Shown piece after piece: positions 37,812 to 47,420 of a stretch of 64,000 bases of DNA; position 1 is the first letter of the stretch, and every line of letters starts with the position of its first letter. The position numbers and the translations under genes are program-made. The notes below the pieces were generated by a model. It saw only the letters and a program-made list of their open reading frames with translations, searched no databases and was not told the DNA's origin. Source of the DNA: Giardia intestinalis (Eukaryota); the NCBI GenBank assembly GCA_000002435.2, contig CM018792.1, one strand, 5' to 3'.

Positions 37812-40800
37812 ATGAGCATAAGTCAAGGGGCAAGCGCCTTCAGCGATCAACCTAGTGATCTTCCTGCTGTGCTGCGCAAGAATGAAGTGAGCGCAGAGCA
37901 CCCCAAGATTAGCGTGTTCTATGACTCTTTACGGCTACGCGAGGGCTATCAAAGCAACCCGGTTCAGCGCGAGGTCCATATCCTCTTTAACAGTTGGGTT
38001 GGAATCTCTAAGCCGCCCCCCTTGCTTCCCCCATCGAAAGATCTTTCTCAACCATTTGGGTGCGACGTTCTTTTCGACTCTATCTCCAGCTCACCGTCCA
38101 CCCCTGTTATGTCCTCTGATCTCTCAACCCCGGGGTGTACATCGTTTAACACAGGATATTGTGAGCTTTCGTATTTGGACAGTCTGAACGAGTCTAGCCA
38201 AAGTGCATCTATAAATGCTGACCCCCACTCCAAAGACCTCACATTTCCTGGCCCTGCTCTTATCCAGCCACTGACACGGGACACCCTCACACGTACTAAT
38301 ACTTCCGGCCTGACTGCTGTTCCTGATTTGCCAACGCTCCCAGGTCTGTCTAATCTGCAGACTCTAAAAGTAGTTCCGAGTGACCTCACGCCACCTATAG
38401 TCTCTATACAATCGGCGCCTGTTCTAAACACTTGGGCTGCCCGGTCTCGTTCAGAAGTGACCAGTGGCGTCTCTCACACCGGCACGGCAAATCCATCCCA
38501 GGCCGACTCACAGACGACAAGTTCCTCCGGCACACGGCGTCAAAAGACTATGGAGCTCACCAACGCAGAAACGGGGATGCATGTTGTTGTTATCAAACCA
38601 GCAGTCAAGTCGCGTACCAAAAAACAGAAGAGAGAGACTGCACAAAACAGAAGCGGCAGCGAGAAGTTACATGCCAACCCCGAAGACGCTCCTCGACGGG
38701 TTGTCCAATCTTCTTCGGATACAACACAGATATTTCTTCCTGCCACTGTTACTCCAACTGCTCAATCATGTGCAGATTCTAAGAGTGATCCCCGCACAGT
38801 TATAGGTCTGACGTTTGAGTCAGAGCACAACAGATGTGAAGCTGATTTTGAGCCGTCCCCACGGAAAAGCAATCCCGATGGCTCATCCCCGGACACATCG
38901 CCCCTCAGTGCTATTGCAGACGATTTGAATCCCCCAATTTTCAATGGCCTGCTTAATGATGCTCTTCTAGATCCGAGGGAGCTGGAAGCAAATTATCTCA
39001 TCTCAAAGAATGACATCGCACTCGACATGGGAGGAGACGGTACCTACTCTGCTACTGATCCAGCGCACTTGCTGGGCTCTCCCCAAAACTGCACGGAGGT
39101 CATCTCAGACTTTTCAAGCACTGAAGTTACATATGAAACACCCCTAAGCGACCGACACCTCAAGTGGCGCAAGTCTGCGACGAAGGACGCTGTTCTTCTC
39201 CATCATACTCAAAGGACCCTGCTGTCTACTTCGGAGGGAAAGGGCTATACATACCAAGGCCGCACCAATTCAAGCACTCATGAACATTGCTTTATGGCTG
39301 ACTTCGACATTTTTCAACCATACAATGCTGCAGGCGTAGAGAGTGTTCTGCAGGCAAAGCGTACACGTAGGGACATTCTGAGTTTGTTGCTCTCTACTGG
39401 CTGTGGCGTAGCGATGAGACTAGGTTCATGGATGGTTACCATCTTATTGTTTGTAGCTTACCTTTTTGCTACGGGGGTGCTATTTGCCGTCAATAGGCTT
39501 TCATCGTTCATGCTCATGTCTCTTAGGGATCCTGTCCGTATCCTGCTACCCTTTGTATTGGTCACTTTCCTTAAGCGCTTGCTGTTTATCATTCCCTTTA
39601 TTTCTCATTATGTGGTGGAGTGGTTCTACCCCAGCATTATCGACGAAGCCCTGCTGGCCAATGGAAGCTACTACGGAGAGGGCAAAGTGCCAGATAAACG
39701 AGTGCTACCCACATATCTTTCATTGGATAGATCGTACAAAGACTTCTTCCCACCCATCTTTGTTCACTCCTCCAAAAAGAAAACAGGTTTTCTCGAGTAT
39801 CTCAAAGTGGTGATGGGGTCCATCCCAGTGAGCGATGTCCTACATAATATGCTCGACCAGACGTTTCAGTTGCGCCTTTACGCCCTCTATGGACAACCGG
39901 GACTGCGCCACGATGTTGGACTGTCCTCCAGCCTGAGCATAGCAACTCAAGACTATTTCGAGGTTCCTCTCAGCAGTTACAAGCTTTTTCATGACACCCC
40001 TAATGGAAGATTGCCACACAGTGGGAAGCAGCAGCTTAGTCGCTACTTTAACAGCTACCTCCCGATACAGGAGCACCATGTGAAGCCAATGACTTTTAGT
40101 TCCGAATACACTCTGGTCGGTAATGACCACTTAACTGAGAATGAGTATCGTCGAGCAAGTCTAAAGATGTACGATGTTGGTGAAAGGTTTAGACAGCCAG
40201 AAGGCAAGGATTATCAGGATATTTATTCTCACTACGGATTGCTAGCCGATCCCCATTCTATATATGAGCGACCGGGGGATGACATACGCTCTAAGAACTA
40301 TCGCTACAGAAGAATCATGGCCGGAGAGTACTTAGTTGTCGTTTCAGGGTCTGTTTCGGACTCCTTCTCGCCCACAGGTACGTCCGCAGATGCAGCAACG
40401 GTCCGGAAGTGGTTGGCCTATGGCTTTGTTCTTTTCGGCAGATCCAGCGTCTATGGGCCATTTATGGCCAAGGACACACATTACATAGTTAACCGAAGAA
40501 TCATTAATAATGACCATACAACGCTAACGGTCTCAGACAATACTGGAAACATTGTACGAATAACGTTGGAAGATCCTAACTTCACCCTTTACTGCCGCTC
40601 TCTGACACCAAGGCATTTGGAGATATCCAAGACTGCTAATGCAAGGGGCGACAACGACTCTATTCATGGAACCTTTGATAATTGTAATTTCAACGATTTA
40701 ATCATTTACTATAATCGCCCATTTACGTTTGATGAGAAGCCAGCGTTTATAAAGTTTGACACATTCGAGACTCTTGACGCCAGAGTGGCCCCCATTGCAG

Positions 40801-43800
40801 AGCGTAAGATCAAAGGCGAAGAGCGCTTGTTAACGGAGGACCTGCGGGTCACTCTTATAGACCCTACCTTCCCCCGCCTCTCCAAGGTCAACAACTCTGC
40901 CACACTGATCACCATCAACCCAAAAGTCCACATAAACGTGCTCTTTCAGAGCAGCAAGGTCCCCCTAGATAGAGTTGTAGAGTGCAGTGGTCGTGACTGC
41001 TCGAATAAGCTCTTGGCCGCGCCAGAGTATCTCCAATACTTTCGACCTGTGTCTGATGATTATCTCAGTTACCTTTCTATTAAGCCCCTTGTGGCGCCTG
41101 TGCCAGTGACACAGAACAGCCTATGGCCTTTCACAGATACTCAACTGGCATATTTCTATAAGGAATTAACGTTTTCCAGAGCACAGGTCACAAGGCAACT
41201 TGAAAGCTGCAGAAATAAAGATAAGAATAGCCACGGAGGCATCGACGAGTCCCAAAGGGATACGGGAATCTCCTCCATTCTCCAGCCGACTAAACATTCT
41301 CGGCATCGGTGCTCGCATTCATATATGGCTGACCTGCAGAACAACCTGAAGGTAATAGATTTGCAGATCCAGGACGTTGTTGCGTCTCAACAAGGCTATA
41401 CAGTCCTTACCTGTCTTTCAAACCGGAGCACAGACGAGCTGAAGACGACAACGCGGAGCCTGCGGACCATGGAGTGCACATTTCTTTTCCAGCGGATCGT
41501 CATTTCGCTTTTTTGTAGCTGGATTCTTTCGTGTGCGATCCACACTCATGCGAAGATTTTTTATGGTCTGGTTCATCAGGTGCAGAAGGGCACCTCACCT
41601 AAGAACAAGTCTAGTGCACATAGCGGCATTGCTGTGTCGTCGTATACGATGCTGTTTATTTCGCTGTGCTCTGGGATTCTCCGCCTCATCGACGCGTCAA
41701 GGAAGGGTGTTCGGAAGCGTACCGCCGTAGACTTTGCCACTTATCTTTTTGCACAAGCAATCAAGAGCTTCATCACCTTCTATCCGATGTACCTCATCTA
41801 TGTGAATGCGCCCAGATTGCTGGCGGCGCTGTACCTATCCAATCTACAGTATCGCTTGATAATAGCGTACGTCGTTGTGATGCTTCTTTCTGGTCAGTTC
41901 TTTGCCCACTTTGGGCTCTATAATCCTGCCAGCGGCCACCTCCCATATAGACTGCTCAAGAGCTTTAGTGAGAAGGTTGGCACGTTGACTCTGACCGTGG
42001 CCAAGAGTACAGCGTTTCGGTCCTTTTCGTTGTTATTATTGCGTGTACTTAACACAGAGCTTCTTCTTGTCGCCCCTGCGCTTATGTGGTTGTTCACTTC
42101 CGTTGTATTCCGGGTTATGTACCATCTTTCCATCGAGGGGATTTATGGGGGTGAGGAGCGGTTTTCGCACTCTCTCTACCGCGTGACTTTTAGTACTTTT
42201 GATTTTGTGATCCACCCTTCTCTATATTCCTCTTCGCTTTGTGTTTTACTGCTAAGTCTATTTCTGCTTCTTTCGTGTGATACGTTCGTTACTAACTGGA
42301 AGCTAACGTACTCTTTGCGACACATGCCCTCTTACACATCACCTGATCAGCAGCTGCCATCATCGTATCTTACTTCTACCTTTTCACAAAAGCCGTTTAT
42401 CCTTTTCGATACTGATTCCGCCCGCTTTGTTGACGAAGTGCGCAAGATCTATCCTGATCTGTTTAATGTGCAACTTGGGGCACAGCCCAAGCGGAAAAGC
42501 GCGCCATCTTCACGCCGGCATTCTGCAGCTTCACCAAGCACCTCCTCTGCCTCCAGCAGCGATGTCTTTTACTTCCGCCCCATCGAGGCTGTTACACCTA
42601 TTTATTATCTGGAAGAGTTGGGGCCTTGGTCACCCAAGATCTATCTTTACGGTAGCGCAGTGTATAAGAAGTTGTTTTCAGTGCCAGGCGTCTATGGATC
42701 CCTAGTTGCCACGACAATCTGGGTTTCTCCTCATGAACCTTATGTTTCGAGTGCGTGTCCAGCTAGTGATGCGTCCTGCACCTTTGCAAATGATATGTAT
42801 CAGGATATAAACTCTCTTCTGGCCCGGCCTCTTCGGTCATATCTCCAGGATTCGCGAAGGTTTTCGACAGTGATGTATGATCAGCCAGCAGATTTTCCGG
42901 GTAAGCATCAGCTGCAGAGCATATTGCATACTAGGGCAACTCTTTTCATTCGAACCACGAAGCGAATGGCGAGAACAGTGAGGCTGCAGTGCGCCACGCT
43001 CCCATGGTCTGTCTTTCTTCCAACCTATGAGTTTAAGATATCGCGATTTGTAATGCCATCCCAAATGCTTCATGCATTGGTATTCAACAATGCTCCTGGA
43101 CAGCCCATTGATCCTGTGATGAGCCTCGCCCTTTTCTTCAATGGAATAACTTTACCCTCGGCTCTGCTTCACCAAATGGTTCCGATGCAGTACACCTTCA
43201 CCGCTTCTCCTGAAGCAATACTCAAGTTGCAAAATTCTTTTGGGCACAGTCTTGTCAAGTATCTGCTTCTTCCTGTGAGTGGATATATGGTGACCAGAGG
43301 CTCGTCAGTTTCTCCGCCGAGCTTCCATTTGAACATTGTCGATCGCCCAGTCAGGCACGTTATCAATAGCGGAAGTGAGCAAGTGGAGACGGCCAGGTTC
43401 TTGTTAACTGACGACGAGGTGAACAGGGCAGTCAGCCTGGGAAACAACTTACTCGGAGGGCTCAAGGAGGTGCTCACTATTGACCAAGGAGAGCAACTGA
43501 GCAAGACCTCCGCTCCTCTGGGTGCCATAGTTCGTGACGACATGATTCCGAGGCTTACGCCACAAGATCTGCTGTTTGTGCTCTCGGTGTCGTTTTTGGA
43601 TTACTTTACAGTCGGCCACTTGCATCAAAGTCCTGATTCTCTGTCGCAAGATTTTCTACTACATTGCCCCAGCGACCTTGTACGCGCGAAGGACACAAGC
43701 CGGCACCGTGAGCATTCTGGAACCACAGACTCGCTGGGGAATCATATACCTTCTATCCGTGGTGGTATATATAATAATTATTTTCGACACGAGCTGAAGT

Positions 43801-45173
43801 GCTTGCGCTCAGACTATTCTCGACTTTTGCAGTACATCTGCCGGAAGGATGCCACCGAGTGTGGATATCTTCCTTTAGATCTCAGTGTGTATCGCCTCGT
43901 CTCCATCTTGGGGCGTCTGCCTCTTTTCAATCAGGGTTCTGTGTTAAGCCAGGGCACCCTATTCAACTTCAATCACTGCAATCTGCTGACCTGGATCGAT
44001 GGAGTGCTAGAGAAGGTTGCGGGTCATCGGGAAGTTCACAGCTGCTGTGCAGGGTTTGCTTCTGTGGTTTTCGAGGCATCCTCTGCGAGTCTCAGGTTCT
44101 TCGGACTAAATAAGAAAACAGTATCTGCCTTTCTTAGTAGGTTGGAACAGCCAGAGGAATACGTAGATACGGAGTTAGAGCGTGCCACATTTACTGAAGA
44201 TAAAGACTTAGATAGTACCTTGCTGGATTCCATTAACTTCGTCATCAACAGAATATATTTGCGCGTGCTGGAGCTTTCTGTCCTCAGCGTAGTTAGTCGT
44301 GCTGTCAGCACCATGTACCACTTTGTTCTTCAGGCATCCGGTTACACCACTGGTTCTTTGGAGCATCTCGCAGACGGGTTTAGGCGTGGAGAGGTCTACA
44401 CATCCTTCTTTATGGCGCTCCCGTCTTCTGTACGTCAGCTTTATAACGAAGAGCACAACCTGTTTTGCAATACATGTAACAGGGAGCTTCTAGAAATGTT
44501 TCGGCTTTCAGACGCGCACAGACTTGTAGCAGACTATGCCATGCAGAACCAGCTTTGTTCCTCGTGCTTTGCAAGCTATTACACCAACATTGTCTATCCT
44601 CTTGCTTCTTATGAGAGCGACATCACTTCGTTTCTCTTTAAGCGAATTGCAAAACAATTTACCAAGGCTTGGTGCTGTGAAGATGTGCTTTCGCTAATAT
44701 ATCATGCTGGCTTTGTTTCCGATGAGTACTTCCTCAAGCAGCTGTGCCACGAAGCTAATGCATTCATCAAAAAGGCACCTCCAAGCGCATATGCAATCAC
44801 CACCAGTGGATGCGTAGTAATAAGCTCTGGTGAGCTAAGTGAGGAGACACGCATTCTGAGACTGCATAAAGTATCCGAGGCCCTCTTGAGTGCGTTGCTG
44901 CAGATCCAAAGGATGCGTCATGTCTGCATGTTTAAGGCGCAGACATATCAAACTTGTGTCCCGTATGCTACATATTGCGAGTCTCGGTTATACGTCGAGG
45001 ACTCGCAACACCTAGCCTTGTTACACACTCTCTTAAACAACGAGAAGGAGCATGCGGGTGCTAAGGATATGTTCCTATATTCATCTAAACATGAACCACT
45101 AGGTCGTGCATGTAAGCAAGGGCTACGCACAGATTGGTATTATGCTCTCATCCAAAGCTGTAGCAAATCTTAG
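37812..45173 (+). CDS. Giant hypothetical membrane protein, 2453 aa: S/T/P-rich N-terminal ~450 aa, two TM clusters (~aa 520-600 and ~1180-1420), long C-terminal domain
   Basis: ATG start with an uninterrupted 7.4-kb frame. Hydrophobic helices such as MVTILLFVAYLFATGVLFAV and LIIAYVVVMLLSGQFFAHFGLY. Confidence 0.85.
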   Translation: MSISQGASAFSDQPSDLPAVLRKNEVSAEHPKISVFYDSLRLREGYQSNPVQREVHILFNSWVGISKPPPLLPPSKDLSQPFGCDVLFDSISSSPSTPVMSSDLSTPGCTSFNTGYCELSYLDSLNESSQSASINADPHSKDLTFPGPALIQPLTRDTLTRTNTSGLTAVPDLPTLPGLSNLQTLKVVPSDLTPPIVSIQSAPVLNTWAARSRSEVTSGVSHTGTANPSQADSQTTSSSGTRRQKTMELTNAETGMHVVVIKPAVKSRTKKQKRETAQNRSGSEKLHANPEDAPRRVVQSSSDTTQIFLPATVTPTAQSCADSKSDPRTVIGLTFESEHNRCEADFEPSPRKSNPDGSSPDTSPLSAIADDLNPPIFNGLLNDALLDPRELEANYLISKNDIALDMGGDGTYSATDPAHLLGSPQNCTEVISDFSSTEVTYETPLSDRHLKWRKSATKDAVLLHHTQRTLLSTSEGKGYTYQGRTNSSTHEHCFMADFDIFQPYNAAGVESVLQAKRTRRDILSLLLSTGCGVAMRLGSWMVTILLFVAYLFATGVLFAVNRLSSFMLMSLRDPVRILLPFVLVTFLKRLLFIIPFISHYVVEWFYPSIIDEALLANGSYYGEGKVPDKRVLPTYLSLDRSYKDFFPPIFVHSSKKKTGFLEYLKVVMGSIPVSDVLHNMLDQTFQLRLYALYGQPGLRHDVGLSSSLSIATQDYFEVPLSSYKLFHDTPNGRLPHSGKQQLSRYFNSYLPIQEHHVKPMTFSSEYTLVGNDHLTENEYRRASLKMYDVGERFRQPEGKDYQDIYSHYGLLADPHSIYERPGDDIRSKNYRYRRIMAGEYLVVVSGSVSDSFSPTGTSADAATVRKWLAYGFVLFGRSSVYGPFMAKDTHYIVNRRIINNDHTTLTVSDNTGNIVRITLEDPNFTLYCRSLTPRHLEISKTANARGDNDSIHGTFDNCNFNDLIIYYNRPFTFDEKPAFIKFDTFETLDARVAPIAERKIKGEERLLTEDLRVTLIDPTFPRLSKVNNSATLITINPKVHINVLFQSSKVPLDRVVECSGRDCSNKLLAAPEYLQYFRPVSDDYLSYLSIKPLVAPVPVTQNSLWPFTDTQLAYFYKELTFSRAQVTRQLESCRNKDKNSHGGIDESQRDTGISSILQPTKHSRHRCSHSYMADLQNNLKVIDLQIQDVVASQQGYTVLTCLSNRSTDELKTTTRSLRTMECTFLFQRIVISLFCSWILSCAIHTHAKIFYGLVHQVQKGTSPKNKSSAHSGIAVSSYTMLFISLCSGILRLIDASRKGVRKRTAVDFATYLFAQAIKSFITFYPMYLIYVNAPRLLAALYLSNLQYRLIIAYVVVMLLSGQFFAHFGLYNPASGHLPYRLLKSFSEKVGTLTLTVAKSTAFRSFSLLLLRVLNTELLLVAPALMWLFTSVVFRVMYHLSIEGIYGGEERFSHSLYRVTFSTFDFVIHPSLYSSSLCVLLLSLFLLLSCDTFVTNWKLTYSLRHMPSYTSPDQQLPSSYLTSTFSQKPFILFDTDSARFVDEVRKIYPDLFNVQLGAQPKRKSAPSSRRHSAASPSTSSASSSDVFYFRPIEAVTPIYYLEELGPWSPKIYLYGSAVYKKLFSVPGVYGSLVATTIWVSPHEPYVSSACPASDASCTFANDMYQDINSLLARPLRSYLQDSRRFSTVMYDQPADFPGKHQLQSILHTRATLFIRTTKRMARTVRLQCATLPWSVFLPTYEFKISRFVMPSQMLHALVFNNAPGQPIDPVMSLALFFNGITLPSALLHQMVPMQYTFTASPEAILKLQNSFGHSLVKYLLLPVSGYMVTRGSSVSPPSFHLNIVDRPVRHVINSGSEQVETARFLLTDDEVNRAVSLGNNLLGGLKEVLTIDQGEQLSKTSAPLGAIVRDDMIPRLTPQDLLFVLSVSFLDYFTVGHLHQSPDSLSQDFLLHCPSDLVRAKDTSRHREHSGTTDSLGNHIPSIRGGIYNNYFRHELKCLRSDYSRLLQYICRKDATECGYLPLDLSVYRLVSILGRLPLFNQGSVLSQGTLFNFNHCNLLTWIDGVLEKVAGHREVHSCCAGFASVVFEASSASLRFFGLNKKTVSAFLSRLEQPEEYVDTELERATFTEDKDLDSTLLDSINFVINRIYLRVLELSVLSVVSRAVSTMYHFVLQASGYTTGSLEHLADGFRRGEVYTSFFMALPSSVRQLYNEEHNLFCNTCNRELLEMFRLSDAHRLVADYAMQNQLCSSCFASYYTNIVYPLASYESDITSFLFKRIAKQFTKAWCCEDVLSLIYHAGFVSDEYFLKQLCHEANAFIKKAPPSAYAITTSGCVVISSGELSEETRILRLHKVSEALLSALLQIQRMRHVCMFKAQTYQTCVPYATYCESRLYVEDSQHLALLHTLLNNEKEHAGAKDMFLYSSKHEPLGRACKQGLRTDWYYALIQSCSKS

Positions 45174-45264
45174 TTTTCTACCTGGACAAGTATTCATTAC
45201 TTCATTAGATGGCCATAGAAATAACTACTTGTACACAAATGGACCTAGAAGTGGTGCTGAAAGA

Positions 45265-45368
45265 CGCGCCCGCCCGGCCCTTGACCCTCGTGGCCCCGTC
45301 GTCGGTGTTGGGCACGACGCGCCGCTGGGCCCTCTTGATGGGCGACTCGTCCGGAGGCTCTCCCGTCC
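45265..45368. repeat. 104-bp relic copy (~93% identical, same orientation) of island coding sequence 1530-1633
   Basis: Base-by-base alignment gives 7 mismatches in 104 bp. It forms a GC-rich spike inside an AT-rich 560-bp spacer. Track ORF 45205..45447 (-) reproduces the peptide GEPPDE(S/P)PIKRAQRRVV(P/L)NTDDG of island ORF B. Confidence 0.75.
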
Positions 45369-45733
45369 ACGTACTTAGCACTATCCACGAGTTCACTTGT
45401 GATAAGAGGGCAAACAGTGAGGCTTGGTCATAAAAATGGAAATTCATGTGGTTATCGATAGTGGACAGGCATACCTAGAGCCGTCACGCAAGTATTCTGC
45501 CTCATATAGGAAAGATCCTAGGCCAGAAATGGCCGAATGCGAGGGCTGGTCTGTATTTGCGGAACTGTCTCAGTTGTTGCGGAAAGCTGAGGAAGACGGC
45601 TTTCCTCTGCTCTAAAAAGTCCCCTTAGTGGCTATGGGCGGCATAGACAACTATCCTTTCAGCGACAACTAGGTTTTAGTAAATCTTTGAGCTCAACACC
45701 GGGAATCTTGACTTCAGTAAAATTTCCAGGTAA

Positions 45734-47398
45734 ATGCACAAGCCGCACACAACGTCCAAGTACAGGAAGGAAAGTGCTAGGCGTGTAGGGGAGGGAGGTA
45801 CTGGGGGAATATATATGGCACGGAACATAGCCACTGGGGAGCGCGTTATTCTTAAGGAAATAAAGTTAAGCAGTGCCGACGAGGGACTAGCAATATCAGG
45901 TCTTCGGGAGAGCTGCATATTATCTTCGTGCAGACACGAAAACATCATCAGAATTATCGAGACCTATTACTGGCGGAAAAACATCATCCTTGTGTTAGAG
46001 CTCTGTGAAAGGGACATCGGCGCTGTACTGAACGATGGATATACCATTCCAAAGGAGTTCCGCCAGTCCATTTTCTTTATGGCTCTACGGGGGTTGCATT
46101 ACCTCCACAGTAAGTGGATTTTGCACCGTGACATAAAACTGTCGAACATCTTGATTGCACACGACGGAACAATAAAGCTGACTGACTTTGGTCTGAGCAG
46201 GTATTACAAATATAATGGCTTTGACACTGGCAATGTAGGAACACAGACATATAGAGCACCCGAGCTAATTTTGAAGGGGCAGCAATCCACACCTGCATCC
46301 GATGTGTGGAGCATGGGCATCTGCTTCTGTGAAATCATTTTTGGGTGCGATGGATCAAACTACACGTTCTATGATATGGTCTCTTACGAGTTGAGCATGA
46401 TGACGCATGAACCTGGCGGCAGCGGCTGCCAGCGCCATAAGGCAATCAACGCCAAAGATTTTAGGGAAGAAATACCGAAGTCTCACGGGGACGTACGCGA
46501 CACAACAATGCTCACTACTCTAAAGGAAGCCCTTGGCTATCCATCTTTGGAGGAGCGACAAGGTCTTTCACAAAATGACATTTATCGTGTGATATTCCCG
46601 GACGAGAAACATAACAAGGAAAGCAACCATGCGCCGAGCAATCCTTCCAGACTACTTAGAGATATACTGCACAAACATGGCGGGTCTGAAGAGGAAATAG
46701 ACCTCATTCTTCACATGCTGAATTGGTCGCCCTATATAAGGTACACCTCAGATCAGTGTCTTAGTCACCACATGTTCGCTAATATTTACTCCAGTTCCAA
46801 AGTAGATTGTACAAATAAAGTTGATAGCCAAATTATTCACAGTAGCCCTTCTGTTGTGAAGCACAGATTATCAGAGTTTCCTCGCAACAACCACCTAACC
46901 ACACGGCCAGATCAGAAACACAAGCAAGTCGCTATACCACGACTCAATACGCACAGCATAGTTCAAGACCATGTCCTCGACTTTGACGCACAGGTGCAGT
47001 TTCATAGTATTGACGGTCAGCGAGACCTTTCGTATTCCTTTTTGCTTGGTGCCTCTATGCTTGGTGAAAACTCTAACACGCCCCACTGTGGTCGGCACGA
47101 GTCTAACAAGCAGGAGAACGGTGTGCTCTCCAGGTTGCCCCTTCCACTAGAGTGTTCGGACGACAGTTCATGCGTAGTGTCATCAAAGAGATCCCACCCG
47201 CCGGTATGTCGCGAACAGGACCAAGAAGACCCAGTGCTACTCAACATGCTCAACAGCCTTACAGGTGGGTGTAATGAAGATCAGCTAGAAAGCGTGCATC
47301 GAAGTAGTCCTTTTGGATGTTTGTCTAGAAATTGGCAACAGAGCGCGTTTCATCAAGAAGCCACCAATGTAGACAATTCTTGGGATGATGCTAGTTAG
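45734..47398 (+). CDS. CMGC-group (CDK-like) protein kinase with a long C-terminal extension
   Basis: GEGGTGGIYMA, HRDIKLSNILI, DFGLSR and TQTYRAPELIL. Confidence 0.85.
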   Translation: MHKPHTTSKYRKESARRVGEGGTGGIYMARNIATGERVILKEIKLSSADEGLAISGLRESCILSSCRHENIIRIIETYYWRKNIILVLELCERDIGAVLNDGYTIPKEFRQSIFFMALRGLHYLHSKWILHRDIKLSNILIAHDGTIKLTDFGLSRYYKYNGFDTGNVGTQTYRAPELILKGQQSTPASDVWSMGICFCEIIFGCDGSNYTFYDMVSYELSMMTHEPGGSGCQRHKAINAKDFREEIPKSHGDVRDTTMLTTLKEALGYPSLEERQGLSQNDIYRVIFPDEKHNKESNHAPSNPSRLLRDILHKHGGSEEEIDLILHMLNWSPYIRYTSDQCLSHHMFANIYSSSKVDCTNKVDSQIIHSSPSVVKHRLSEFPRNNHLTTRPDQKHKQVAIPRLNTHSIVQDHVLDFDAQVQFHSIDGQRDLSYSFLLGASMLGENSNTPHCGRHESNKQENGVLSRLPLPLECSDDSSCVVSSKRSHPPVCREQDQEDPVLLNMLNSLTGGCNEDQLESVHRSSPFGCLSRNWQQSAFHQEATNVDNSWDDAS

Positions 47399-47420
47399 CG
47401 TGCCTCACTTACTCACGTTA

